A DNA stretch of 64,000 nt from Azolla caroliniana. Its lineage: Eukaryota; Plantae; Polypodiophyta. Both the position numbers and the translations under genes were made by a program. Position 1 is the first letter of the stretch. Each line of letters starts with the position of its first letter. Below the pieces are notes generated by a model. It was not told the DNA's origin and made no database searches. It saw only the letters and a list, made by a program, of their open reading frames with translations. Shown here piece after piece: positions 31,879-45,487 of the stretch. Location: assembly GCA_043228905.1 (NCBI GenBank), contig JBHGNT010000012.1:10602001-10666000 (forward strand), read 5' to 3'.

Positions 31879-34512
31879 GCCTTACGTACACACACACACA
31901 CACACACACACAATCCTTCCACTGCATCTCAGGCACTCTTTCTCTTCATTTCTTTACAGGTGGAAACACCGGAAAAGGGGCTGAAGGTTCTCGAAGTGTT
32001 CTCAAATTTCGAGAGTTGATTGGGGAGGTTGTCCGCGAGCGATCAAGCTATCATCGCACCGGACAAGGTGGTTATGTTTCTATTTGTCGTGTGGGACCGG
32101 AAAGATCTTGGAGTGCTTCTAAAGGATACGATTATGGAGAGTGGCCTGACCAATACATGGGGGAATGTGTGGGACATCGTCACAATTATGTGGCAACGTC
32201 AGGAATACGTGTGGATGAGATATCTAGAGCAATGGCATCTTTTTTGTTAGAAATGCTAGAAATCTTGGAGAAAACCGGCTTTGATGGCATCCGGATATGA
32301 CATTCCAGAAGTTACGGGATGGGAGTGCCCCATAGATAGGAATAGCATATATGTCGTATGTCAATTACATGAGGTGTACGTAGATGAGAAACAACGACGC
32401 ACGGATGTTGCGGCCAGACCTAGGAGGACACCGAAGAATAGGAACTTCGAAGAGAAGGGAAAAGAGAAAATGGTTCCGGCATTTAGACTTGCCTCAAACA
32501 TCGAACAACGGACGGACCTAAAGAAGGTGTTCAAGGAGAGAGTCCTTGATAGTCAAGTGGACTTTTCCCTCAGAGAATTGCGCAGAATCGCGAAGGAGTT
32601 CCACAATCTCCTCGTGGATCTCATAAAAAGAAAGAGGCAGGTTACGAAACAATCAAATACTCTTAAGGTAAATACAAGTGCCATCCTAATGACCGACACA
32701 GAAGCAGAGGATGAAATTCCAAACTCCCACTACACAAAGCCACATTGGGCACGAGCAACTACGAAGACTCCAGCCCGGATTGGAAGTATCAAAGAGCTCG
32801 TAGTTTCGTTGATTGATCATAGATTAGAGATCAATTTGATGTCCAAGGAGTTCTACTGGAAGGGGAAGTGTTCTATAAACACCGAAAATGGGTGGAAGAT
32901 CTGGGCAACCACGAAATCCACAGAAGAACTATTTGTGGCTTGTCCGGATGTGACGGTGAAGATCATAGATGTGGAGATCAACCAAACAAATTTCGTGCAA
33001 TATGAGCTCTCACATTCCGTGATCCTCGGACAATCCTTCATTATGGTTTTGTGAATGGAAACAAAGGTGTTTCATAGTAGAGCGGCTTTTGCATGGATTT
33101 GAAGCCAAAGAGGAGAAAAAGTCGTACAGTTTTTTATCGTGCCAATGAATCATGAAAGGAACAAAAGAGAGCTCTTGTTCCAGATAAAATTGGATTTTTG
33201 AACCAGACTGTTGTGGAGTGGGGGAGTGACAGTTCGAGGAGCTTTGATACCCCACATAGGAGGAAGCCACTCAGAGCAACACAAGTGTGAATTAATCTAG
33301 ATGGGGCACCTATGTACATGGTTGTGATCGGCGTAATGAAGAAAGAACTCCGGAAGATGCAGGATGAGCTACAGTCTGCATCAATCATAAAAGAAGACGA
33401 AGAAATCACGGAAGTAGTCGAAGAAGTGTTTTATGGGATCATGCTACAATGGCTTGAAGAGCTTGTGGAAGATGATAGCCAAGGAGACCGGGTAGTTCCG
33501 ATGGAATAGGTAGAGATGTACAAGATCACTGCGGAAATGGGGCCAGATGCGCTCCACAAAGAAGAGGCAATGGTTTGTACGAAATATAAGACCGTGGAAA
33601 AGAAGGTGAAACTGTCTGCGGGACCGTTACCGCCAATAGAGAACAAAAGAGGAAAATTCTAACACTTCAGAAGGCCATGGATATTGGACATACATTTACG
33701 GATGAGACCTGGAGGAATCTACAGATCGGTGGAGCTGGGTTCCTCTTACCAAAAGAAGAAGAATGATTTCGAGAAATGATAGAACAACATTGGAAAGCAT
33801 TTGCATTCACATCAAAGGAGATAGGGCACGTTGAACCGAAGATAGTGCGGTGATCTTCATGATTGAACATGTGTTGGGGAACTTCAAGTTGATTCCGGTG
33901 CCGCGGGTGCATATTCCAAAAATCATTGACTTGCTCATGGAGAAGGTGGCGATGGGGATTCTAGAGCCATCAAAGGCTCCATACTCAAATCAATGGTTTA
34001 CAGTTCCAAAGAAGAATGGGTCACTACAGTTCATCCAGGACTTGCAACCGGTGAACAAGGTCACAATCCGAAATTTCGGGGTAGGACCAATATTTAATGA
34101 ATTTGCAGAGTCATTCACCAATCGAGTAATGTACTCGATCAGAGACCTATACTCCGGGTATGACCAATTCCAATTAGTTGTAGATAGTCGGGACATCACT
34201 ACGATGCGAACACCAATAGGATTAGTCCGGATGTGTACATTACCACAAGGAACCACAAACTCAGTCGCACATATGATGAATGCAATGAACAAGGTGCGTT
34301 GGGACTGCATTACGGAGATAACGATGTTGTTCTTAGATGACATTCTGATAAAAAGATGTGTGGTGGAAGAGAAGGATGAGACTACGGATGATCGGGGATG
34401 TCGAAAGTTCGTAGTTGACCATATTCGCGATTGTGAGAAAGTGCTACGGAAGTTAGAAGATGTGCACCTAATGCTCTCCGGAAGAAAATTGGCAATCAGA
34501 CAAGAAGAGATA

Positions 34513-36049
34513 CTAGTAGTCAGAATTCGACGCGTGATTTGTGAACATTCCGCTACGGTTGTCGTGGTCGGAGTTTGATGCGTAGTTTGTGAGGTGTCGA
34601 CTTGTTGAAGCCGACTCACTTCTCTTTTTCCAACACTCCGCCTCGTAGTGGCCGATTTTGCCGCAATAATTACAAGTTGCGGGCCTCGTTTGCCGACCAT
34701 GTTCGGCGTGGAAGCTCCCCCTTCTTCCGAAGGTTCCTCGATGGCTTCCGTGAAGGTTTGAGTTCCCTTTGCATGATGGGTCGAATTGACCTCTTCTACT
34801 GCCATGACCTCCTCCTCCGCCACCGTCCGAATTCGAGAAGAACATTTGTCCTTTTGACGTTTTGCTTTTGGTTCGGACGTGGTTCTCTTCGACCAATAGC
34901 ATTGATTAGAGGTCGAAGAATGAAGGAAGGTTTTCTCTCACCAAGATTGCCGTCCGTAATGGATCGAATCGTTGTGCAAGGCCGCCCAAGCATACTTGAA
35001 CCATCTCGTCTTCGTTGACGTTTATTTTGATGGAGCCAAGCGAGTCGCAAATGCTCTTGATCTTGGCGGTGTAGTTCGACACGAACATGTCTTTTTGATG
35101 AATGTTGTTCAACTCTTGTCGGAGTTGAAGCTTTCAGGCAGTCGTGTTGGCGGCGAACATTTTCTTTAAGTTCTCCCACACCTCTTTGGGCGTCTTGGCA
35201 TCTCGAATGTGGCTAAGCATGTGGTCGTGGACACATGTTGCAAAGCAATACATGATTCGATTCGCCACTTGCTCCGATGTTGCATAATAGGCATTTTTTG
35301 AGTCGGGTCGATTTTCTTGTGTGTCGTTGATGTAGCTCTAATACCCTTGGCCGACGAGGTATTGGGTCATCTTGTACTCCCAAGATGAATAATTGCTCCG
35401 GTCTAGCTTTTCACGAGGGAGCGTACTACCCATTTGTGTATTCATGTTAATTAGTGTCTTCTCTTCTTATACTTTTCTTCGTTCGATCACGTGCACGTGC
35501 TACGTAGCGGCACTACGGTAGCCGATAGCTGGATTTTGTCGTCGGCGTCTCGAACACACAATCACGGAGTCAGGTGGGCTTAGTGGATTTTCTAAACCAC
35601 ACGCTTTGATACCATGTTAAGAATTAGGTAAGTAATTAAGCAAAGGTTAATTAGTACCTAATTATGTGATTAGTTAATAAGCGGAAGATTAAGTGATATG
35701 TGTGTGTATGTGTGAGAGAGGAAGAGAGATAGAGAGAGATACAACACAAGATGGGGGATGAGTAAGTATATTAAATTAGCATTATCATCATCAAATACAA
35801 AAATACCCACAATGAGGTATATATACATTTCATGCGCAAAGGTGCACATGTGTGAGTAGAATATAGGTACTAATGTGTAAGTCCTATATTAAATGTATTT
35901 AGGGGTGGAGGATCTAGAATATCCCACTTAAGTACAAGGTCCTATTTAAGTTGTTATAGTCAACACTTCTAACTAGATTCTATCTAGGTAACTAGGAAGT
36001 TACATGGTTGACTAACTAACTAAACTAAGTTGAGCTTGATCTCTCAACA
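34513..36049 (-). mobile_element. 5' part of Copia element K: LTR 35615-36049, PBS iMet 35603-35614, decayed gag
   Basis: TGGTATCAAAGC PBS; gag MGSTLPREKLDRSNYSSWEY…CNYCGKIGHYEAEC. Confidence 0.88.
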
Positions 36050-36573
36050 TTGTTGTCTTATCCTTTTCGAAAACAATAACTTAACTATGTCTTTATCGCA
36101 AGCTTTTATGTCGGTTGAAGAGGAGTCTCAACCCTCGCGCTCTGATACCATGTAAAAGAATACGTGTGCGGACGTGTATGCAAAAGGCACAGAGTACATG
36201 GTTCGGAAATACGACAGTCCAGTAAAACGCAGAAATCACAGAGAAAGAGAGGGAGAGACAGAGAGAGTAGAAAAACAAAACTATATTCAAAAATAATTCT
36301 CTGTATGTTCTCAGTACATACTTCGTGCTCAGTGAGCAGCTTTTATACAAGCCCTGACTATTGGGCTGACACAAGTACTTACAATACTTAACCGCTCATA
36401 AATGAGCATCCTACACTTACTCCCAAAATTATTCCTTCCGAGGAATAACATTCTAACGGCCTCTCGGTTTACACACCGCTACGGCCATATTGTGCATACG
36501 GTTTTACGCACCTAGTCTACGCATTGGGTTACGCACCCGTTTACGCACCCAATGTTGAGCTTGTCTCTCAACA
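36050..36573 (-). mobile_element. 5' LTR (36151-36573), PBS and leader of Copia element L (family of F)
   Basis: TGGTATCAGAGC at 36139-36150; LTR homologous to 14314-14752. Confidence 0.85.
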
Positions 36574-37046
36574 GGTTTGAATGGAATCTAGAGCACCGTA
36601 GTCGTGAAGTAACTGAAGAAAACATTACAAGGAGTGAAGTCGCTAAAGAAACCAGACTATACCCAACCAATCATAGTCACGGTTGATACGAGTCGAACTG
36701 GGATCGGATGGGTCATCAACCAAGAAGATGAGGAAAGAACACGACATCCAGTTCGGTTTGGTGCAAAGGTTCTCAACAAACGTAAATGAGGATACACACA
36801 GATTAAAAGAGAATTATGGGGAGTCGTATCGGCGATAAAATTCGATCAGGATTATTTAATCAGAGCTAAAGTGGTGATCGAAACGAATTGTCTTCTGATA
36901 CTCAGGATGATGCGATGTTGCATGGTACCATATGTGGCTATGTTAAGCTAGATTGCATACGTGAAGTCACTTAATCTAGAGGTACGACACATCTCAGGAT
37001 AAGACAACGTGGTAGCACATATGCTATCGAGGGCACGACACGGTTC

Positions 37047-37324
37047 GGAGATGACGTAGTCGACTCGGATATGAATAAGTTTCGAAAGACTACTTTATTT
37101 CGGAGCACGCATGCCGGGTGAACATAATCCGGGAATTTTGGGAATACAAATACGAAGGAGAAAGCTAGTTGATTGGGAGAATGCTGGAGATGACGTAGTC
37201 GACTCGGATATGAATAAGTTTTGAAAGACTACTTTATTTCGGAGCACGCATGCCGGGTGAACATAATCCGGGAATTTTGGGAATACAAATACGAAGGAGA
37301 AAGCTAGTTGATTGGGAGAATGCT
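37047..37324 (+). repeat. 139-bp tandem duplication within the decayed pol of H
   Basis: GGAGATGACGTAGTCGAC…GGGAGAATGCT repeated at 37047 and 37186. Confidence 0.9.
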
Positions 37325-39326
37325 ACAAGAGATCAAGGGATCATCGGATAATAAAGAAAAGAGAGCTGAGATCTGAAAGAAGAAGCGACAAGTCCGGAAG
37401 TTCTTCCTGAACAATGGATTTATCTAGAGGGAGCCCAAAAGCCCAAATGGTATACCACTACGGGTAGTCAGCACAAAGGAACAAATGAAACGGATAATAT
37501 ATCCGAATTTCACGAATCCTATTGGGCTGGACATCTAGGTACATGGTCGACATTTGCAAAGATCAAGCAAAAATATTGGTGGAAGAATATGTACAAGGAC
37601 GTAGCGGAGTTCACAGAAAGCTGCAAGAAATGTCAAATCTTCTCCGAAGTTCAACACGAGGATGAACTACATCTGACATTCTCACCGGCAATGAACTTCA
37701 AATGGATGGTTGACATTGTAGCAATGACCATCGGCATCGAACAAAAGAAGTTCTTGATGCTAGCTCGGGAGGATCTGACGAATCAAGTAGAAGGTCGAGC
37801 GCTATGGAGGAAAACAAGTTTTTATAGCATGCCAATTTCTTTTGGAAGAAATGTTCTGCAAGTACGGGTGCGTAGGTCAAGTGATTGCAGATCGGGGAGA
37901 ACTTAACTTCGATGAAGCTAAGGAACTCTTCGCTAAACACAGACTATGGTTGACACTAACCACGACATATAATCCAGAAGCCAACGAGAAGATCGAGTGA
38001 GGACATAGCCCAATTGTAAAAGCACTGGCAAAAGTGTGTGACGGAAGGGTGAAGCTTTGGCCGCAAATGCTTCCATATGCACTATGGGTGGATCGCACAA
38101 CGCACAGTTCCGTGACCGGTTACATGCCAGCAGAACTTATGACCGGGCAAGCTCCGGTAATGCCTACAGAAATCACAATTACAACATGGACGGTGCTACT
38201 GTGGAAGGAAGAGATGAGTTGTGAAGAACTACTAGTGGTCCGGATACGACAAAACTACCAGAAGACATTTCAGAAGAGGTACCACGACAATGGGAAGCTC
38301 AATTCCGCATCAAACATCTATTCGAAAAAAACATTGACTATGGCCACAGAAGATCGAAGAAGGGGATTGGGTGATAGTCTACGACAGCAACTTGGATCAT
38401 CAACACAACTCGATACCGAAATTCACTCGAAGGTGGTTTGAACCATACGAGGTTCAAAAAGTATTCGACAACAAAACTTACCAACTACGTGAGTTGGATG
38501 GAACAATATTGCGGGTGCATATAACGGGGAAGCCGGTGAAGATTTTTAAGAAGCAAAGGGACGTCGAACCCTACGTAACTTTGGACAACATTGACACAGA
38601 GGAACAAAAGCGGATATGGATCACGAAGATGCAGGAAACGAAAAAACGGGCTAGAATTAATGATCGACTTAATGGGAGAAACAGATGGCACTACAGATGA
38701 AGGAGAATAACGAAGGTTCGGCAACTTCGGCACATGCCGGAGGATGTGCAGGTTTAGAGGAGACGAGTGACGTAGTGTACTTCATACACACCATGGAAAA
38801 CATATAAAGAAAATATTGAAACATATGTTATCCGCATAGGGTTGGATTCATATCTTAGGAAACAATTAGCTTATGACTAGAGCTACTATTCAGTGCTTTA
38901 GATTTTATATATTTTCTTTGTCATATTCATAAATCCATAGGAAACAAACATATAAAACCATGTGCACAAATCCATGGTTTTATGCATGTCATAAGAAAAA
39001 TTGTGTGCTCAAAAACCATGGTCCCAAGCCCATAGTTTTGTGCATGGAGAGATCTATAAAACCCCTATTAGGGCTTGTGTAAGGGGGGGCTTGTTCATAT
39101 CACCATTATCATCAAGACATCATTCTTCTTATTCTTACTCTCATTTATCTTCTTCTAATTTATATTCTCAAGTCTACAGATTTTTGTTCTTTTCATGTGT
39201 GGGATTGTTTTCCTCAACTCTACCTTCACATCGTCATCTTTTCGATAACTTGTCAGATGTCCTCCATGGTCCTAGACCCCAGTGGTCCCACTCCAATAGC
39301 ACACGCACACACGAATCTTCGCAATA

Positions 39327-40010
39327 ACGCATGTCGGTTGATCGTAATCCGGGAATTCCAGGAAGAAGAATACGAAGGAGAAAGCTTGTTGATTGGGAAA
39401 GTGCTACAAGAGATTGAGGAATCATCGGACAATAACGAAAAGAGATCCTAGATCTGGAGGAAGAAGTGACAAGCTCGGAAGTTCTTCCTAAACAATGGAT
39501 TAATCTGGAGGGAACCGAAAAGACCACATGGTATACCACTACGGGTAGTTGGTACAACAAAGCAACAAAAACGGATCATGTCCAAATTTCACGACTCTGA
39601 TTGGGTTGGACATCGGGGTACATGAGCAACATTCAGAAAGATGAAGCAAAAGTAATTGTGGAAGAGTATGTACAAGGACGTAGCGAAGTTAAGGGAAAGT
39701 AGATTTGAAGCATGTACCTCCATGTTGACAACCCCAACGCTTACCGTTATACTAACTCACCATAAATAATATAATTATGGATTGCACTCAATAAACTCAT
39801 GCACAACTAGTGTGCATGAATATTATAGTTAGAGAAAGCATGATGCTTGCCATATGTCGAGCTATACTTAGCCTCTCCCATCACTATATAAGGGTCGGCA
39901 CAAAATGTAAATGGGGGGAATAATTCTCTGGCATCAGCTTCAAACAAATTTCACACATTGTCTAACTCCACACTTGTTTTGGTCTTTGGCCCACCAAACT
40001 TCTTCTTATA
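39327..40010 (+). mobile_element. Older Phygy-like remnant (pol fragment fused to an LTR fragment)
   Basis: CRLIVIREFQEEEYEGESLLIGKVLQE matches pol of I; 39701-39830 resembles U3 of I. Confidence 0.7.
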
Positions 40011-40357
40011 TGTTAGGAAACAGGTCCCTCCGGATGGGAACTGAGAAGAACAGTGCTGATGAGAAACTCGGCCAAGGCTGAAACCGGATGAGGAGTACCC
40101 GGCTACGGAAGACCCGGTGAGAACCGGATGAGAAGTACCCGGCAAGAGCCGGATGGTGAAGGCCCGGTGAGAAGTGCTCACCGGATGAAGGGACATATTC
40201 ATAAATATGTTTCCTAAGAGTCCATCGGGGCTATATTTGTAAATAGCCGAAAATTTATATTAGTATAAATATGACTTAGGGCAAACTCTGTTTTGTGTGG
40301 AGGTTGTTGTAGTTGTTGTGTTCTTGTTGGCGCAAGACTGCAGAGTGCGTGACTGTG

Positions 40358-40407
<50 letters not shown>

Positions 40408-43400
40408 GAGGTTGTTGCCTCTGTTGTAACCGCCGCTTGTGGCGAAGATAGCAAGCTCGAGGTCGTTGCCTCGGTGCTTTACTATTGTACATTCTGATAT
40501 ATAGTGATAGTTTGCAGTCTGTGGGCTGCCATGGTTTTTCCCTAGTTTGGGTTTTTTCCACGTTAACATCCTGTGTACTCTTCTCCTCGCTGTGTCGTGC
40601 GTTCATTACCCATTTTTCTGTGTTTGATTTTAGACTTGGTTGTGGCCGAGTGTTGTGCAAAGGGAGGGTGCATTCTTGACAAAGTGGTATCAGAGCGAGG
40701 CGACACAGAAAAATGGACGACTCGTTGGGAGGCATGTTCAAGCTCACTGGCTCCAACTATTCGGCGTGGAAGTCGAAGATGAGGGACATGCTCGTGGTTA
40801 AAGATCTTTGGCTGCCGGTTCAGTTCGGGGACAAGAGACCGGACAAAACCGACGCTGCGATATGGGAGGTGATGCACATGAAGACAACGGCTTACATATG
40901 GTGCTTCATCGACATGAGTCTATACAACAACTTCAATGAAGAGAGAGCAAGGCTCATGAGCTCTGGGAGAAGATCAACATTATGTTTCAGAACAAAAATG
41001 TTATCAATCAGGTTTCGGTATTTCGGAAGCTAGTAAGACTCTAGTACCAAGATGGCTCCAGCAAGCCAGGACACTTCCAAAAGAACCATCGACATTTCCG
41101 AAAAGATAAGGAAACGGACGGTACCGATTCGAAGCAGACACCGGACCGGAACGGTAAAGACCGGAGGGGAACGAACCAGAAGGGAACGACGGCAATCGCG
41201 GCAAGTGAAGAAGAGTTGATGCTCATCACCGAGGAGAGTGAGATAAACCTTGCCGGCGACGAGATGACCTGGGTGGTTGACTCCGGAGCGTCGTTCCACC
41301 TTACCCCAGACCGGAAATGCTTCTCATCCTACTAAGCCGGTGATCACGGCTGTGTCCGGATGGGGAATGAAGGTACATGCCGAATTGTTGGCATAGGAGA
41401 CGTGTGGCTGACAACACCAACCGGATGCAAGTTGTTGTTGAAGGATGTCTGACACGTTTCGGAGGTTTGTCTGAACCTGATATCATCCGGTCGGCTAGAT
41501 GATGAAGGCTACATGGGTAGCATCCAGAACGGTGTTATGAAGTTCAGCAAAGGGAGCCTGATTGTGGCTCGGGCCCAGAAGGTAAACACTTTGTACCTGA
41601 TGAATGCCCGGTTATGTCCTGAGGAAGTGAAAGTGGCATCCGACACTGCCGGTGAGCTGTGGCACAAAAGGCTGTGTCACATGAGCGAGAAGGGGATGAA
41701 GAGGCTTGCAGACGACAACCTCATTCCAGTGAAGAACGTGCACTTGGAGAAGTGCACTGATTGTTTGGCCGGTAAGCAAAACCGGGCCTCCTTCCGACCA
41801 AGGCCACCGATGAGACATAATGCACCACTGGAGTTGGTGCATACTGATGTGTGTCAAGTGGACACGAAGTCACATGCAGGATCGCAGTACTTCATGACGT
41901 TCATAGATGACCACAGCCAGAAGTTGTGGGCCACACCATTGAAGACGAAGGATCAGGTGCGTTCCATCTTCAAAGAGCTCCACGCGAGAGTGGAAAGAGA
42001 AACCGGCCGGAAGCTGAAGGCGGTTCGAGTAGATAACAGAGGTGAATACCGGGGGCAATTCGAGGAGTACTGTCGCTCGAAGAGAATCCGGCTCGAATTT
42101 ACCGTGCCGAAGACCCCAGAACTAAACGGGTTGGCCGAGAGGATGAACCGGACCATAATGGAGAGGGTCCGGAGTATGCTGGCGGATGCAAAACTACCCA
42201 AGAGGTTTTGGGCTGAGGCACTGTCGACGGCGACATATGTGATAAACAGATCACCCTCACTACCCTTGGACGGAGACAAGCCACAGAGAGTCTGGACCGG
42301 TAAGGAAGTGTCCTACCGGCATATGAAAGTATTCGGGTGTCTTGCGTACGTGCATGTTGCTAAGGACCGGAGAGGAAAGTTGGATCCAAAGACCCGGCCA
42401 TGCATATTCCTCGGTTACGGCGACGATGAGTTCGGCTACCGAGTGTGGGACCTGGCCGACAAGAAGGTATTCCGGAGTCGAGATATTATCTTTATGGAGG
42501 ACAAGACGCTCGCCGACTGGGAGTCAGAGAAGAAGATAATGAACTCCGAGTCGACCGGTAAGGATCGATTCTACGATGAGCAGACCCAACCGGCAAGAGA
42601 CCGGTTACCACTCGAGGAACCAGCCTTTTACGGTGAGGATACCGAACCGGTAGAAGAAGAAGTAGAGGAAGCTGAAACCGAAACCGGCCAAGACCCCGAA
42701 TCAGATTCGGATGAAGAGCAAATGGGGGAGCCGGTTACCGAAGCCCAAAGACGGAGATATCCTCTCAGAGAGAGAAGGGCCCCTCGGAGATTTCCGGATG
42801 CAGAGCATGTGCTGTTGACCGATGAGGGGGAGCCAGAAAGCTTCGAGGAAGCTAAAAGTGACGCCCATAGCCGCAAATGGTTAAGTGCCATGCAAGATGA
42901 GATGGATTCCCTGCATGAGAACCATACGTATGAATTGGTGGAGTTGCCGAAAGGAAAGAGGGCACTCCGAAACAAGTGGGTGTACAAGTTGAAACCGGGA
43001 GATGCCGGCAACCCCCCGAGATACAAAGCCAGGATCGTGGTCAAGGGGTTCCAGCAGAAGAAGCGCGTGGACTTCAATGAGATATTTGCCCCGGTAGTAA
43101 AGATGACCTCCATCCGGACGGTGTTGAGTATAGCGGCAAGCATGGACCTCGAGGTAGAGCAGTTGGACGTGAAGACGACATTCCTTCACGGTGACCTCGA
43201 AGAGGAGATCTACATGCAGCAACCGGAAGGATTCGTGGAGAAAGGGAAGGAGCGCCTGGTTTGTCGGTTGAAGAAGAGCCTGTACGGACTGAAGCAGGCT
43301 CCTCGACAATGGTACCGGAAGTTCGACTCCTTCATGACCAATCAAGGGTACCACAAGACGCAGGCCGATCACTGCGTGTTTGTGAAGAAATTCGAAGGAG

Positions 43401-45029
43401 GCAACTTCCTGATACTCCTTCTATACGTGGATGACATGCTGATCGTCGGACGGAACCAAGCCAGAATACGGATGCTGAAGAAGGCTCTCAATCGAACTTT
43501 CGCAATGAAAAACTTGGGTCCGGCAAGACAGATGTTGGGGATGCATATCATCCGGAACCGGCCAACAAAGCAATTGTGGCTGTCACAGGAGAAATACGTG
43601 ACAAAGGTGCTTCAACAGTTCAACATGTTAGAAGCGAAACCGGTCGGATTGACGCTCCCGGCAAGCTGCAGATTATCCGATAAGCAAAGCCCGCAGACGA
43701 AAGCAGAGAAGGCTGATATGATGAAGGTTCCATATGCCTCTGTCGTTGGGAGCTTGATGTACGCAATGGTGTGTACCCGACCGGATATTGGATACGCAGT
43801 CGGAGTGGTGAGCCGGTTTATGAGCAATCCCGGCAAAGAGCACTGGAACGCGGTCAAATGGATACTCCGGTACTTGAAGGGCACTTCGAACATGTGTCTC
43901 CGATTCGGCTCCGGTAAACCTCAACTTGACGGTTTTACCGATTCGGACATGTCGGCTGATGTGGATACCAGCCGGTCTACATTCGGGTATGTAATGACAT
44001 ATGCAGGGGGAGTTGTTTCGTGGCAGTCAAGGCTGCAGAAGACAGTTGTGTTGTCAACCACGGAAGCGGAGTACATGGCGGCTGTGGAAGCCGGCAAGGA
44101 AATATTATGGATGAAGGACTTCATCGGAGAGTTCGGTGTTCGGCAAGATGAATACCGGCTCTATTGCGATAGTCAAAGTGCCATCCACCTTGCTAAGAAC
44201 GCAGCGTACCACTCCAGGACAAAGCACATCCAGCGTAGATATCACTAGATCCGGGAGCGAGTAGAAGATCGAGAGTTCGCGCTGACGAAGATCCACACGG
44301 CCGAGAACAGGTCAGATATGCTGACCAAAGTACTGATACCCGAGAAGTTGGATGTATGTTGGAAGCGGATCGGACTAGTATGACATCCCATGCCGGGGTG
44401 AAGGGGGAGTTTGTTAGGAAACAGGTCCTTCCGGATGGGAATTGAGTAGGGCCGAAACCGGATGAGGAGTACCCGGCTACGGAAGACCCAGTGAGAACCG
44501 GATGAGGAGAACCCGGCAAGAGCCGGATGGTGAAGGCCCGGTGAGAAGTGCTCACCGGATGAAGGGACATATTCGTAAATATGTTTCCTGAGAGTCCATC
44601 GGGGCTATATTTGTAAATAGCCGAAAATTTATATTAGTATAAATATGACTTAGGGCAAACTCTGTTTTGTGTGGAGGTCGTTGTAGTTGTTGTGTTCTTG
44701 TTGGCGCAAGACTGCAGAGCGCGTAATTGTGTATAGAGAGAGAGAGAGAGAGGATGAGGTCGTTGCCTCTGTTGTAACTGCCACTTGTGGCGAAGATAGC
44801 AAGCTCGAGGTCGTTGCCTCGGTGCTTTACTATTGTACATTTTGATATATAGTGATAGTTTGCAGTCTGTGGGCTGCCGTGGTTTTTCCCTAGTTTGGGT
44901 TTTTTCCACATTAACATTCTGTGTACTCTTCTCCTCACTGTGTCGTGCGTTCATTACCCATTTTTCTGTGTTTGATTTTAGACTCGGTTGTGGCCGAGTG
45001 TTGTGCAAAGGGAGGGTGCATTCCTGACA
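40011..45029 (+). mobile_element. Tork-like Copia element M (LTRs 40011-40681 and 44412-45029; TSD TTATA); gag has an internal deletion
   Basis: Paired LTRs, PBS TGGTATCAGAGC 40685-40696, PPT GAAGGGGGAG, TSD at 40006-40010 and 45030-45034. Confidence 0.95.
40713..44401 (+). pseudogene. pol: gag-pol of Copia M; long open segment 41513-44248; stops and frameshift elsewhere
   Basis: Close homolog of the A and E proteins; YQDGSS|KPGHFQK deletion junction at ~41062; TGG>TAG at 44246. Confidence 0.92.
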
Positions 45030-45180
45030 TTATACTGTCATGATATGGCAAGACTCGAACCCATGACCTTATGGTATATGGGTCGAGCTCTTAACCATCA
45101 CACCATCTATTGTAATTTGTAGAATATTATTTTCATTTATGCTTTATTATAAGAAATTAATGTATATTCCAGATTTCTCT

Positions 45181-45200
45181 AGAACATTCTAGAAGCTTCA
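45181..45200 (+). promoter_or_regulatory. Perfect four-unit heat-shock element in the LTR of N (copy at 54378-54397)
   Basis: aGAAcaTTCtaGAAgcTTCa, ~20 bp upstream of the TATA box. Confidence 0.7.
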
Positions 45201-45487
45201 GGACTACTCCTGAGAGCACTATGAAAGGAGGCACAAGGCATTGTTGTGAACCAAATTGGTTCAACGCCAGTCTTAAGCCTCATAGCCATCTTGTACTTAC
45301 TCTTCCTATAATATATCATCTATCATCATCATCTCTCTCTCTCTCTCGTCCTCACTATCTCTCTCTCTCTCTTCTCTTCTCTTTCCTCCCTCTCGGGAGT
45401 CTTACGCAGTCCCGTCCTCTTAGTACTAATAGTACTTCCCTTCTCTAGTACTAATTCTCTCTCTGTTTTAGTACTATTCATGACAGT

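Larger units (their letters stand above)
18524..31958 (+). mobile_element. Full-length but decayed Copia element G (LTRs 18524-18816 and 31648-31958; TSD GGTGG), containing insertions I and J
   Basis: Matching LTRs, PBS TGGTATCAGAGC 18817-18828, 5-bp TSD at 18519-18523 and 31959-31963. Confidence 0.93.
18200..39326 (+). mobile_element. Degenerate Phygy-like Gypsy element H in pieces (18200-18523, 31959-34520, 36574-39326; 3' LTR 38768-~39326), host to G, K and L
   Basis: Collinear homology to gag/pol of the intact element I on both sides of each insertion; PPT AGAGGAGACGAG then TGACGTAGTG. Confidence 0.85.

Noticed and set aside
33990-34823. Long antisense ORFs over pol here and elsewhere (e.g. 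1458-2024, 25616-26092)
   Set aside because: Shadows of GC-rich coding strands with no independent motifs
45046-45105. Functional tRNA genes in LTRs
   Set aside because: A/B boxes are present but acceptor, anticodon and T stems do not pair; reported only as tRNA-like modules
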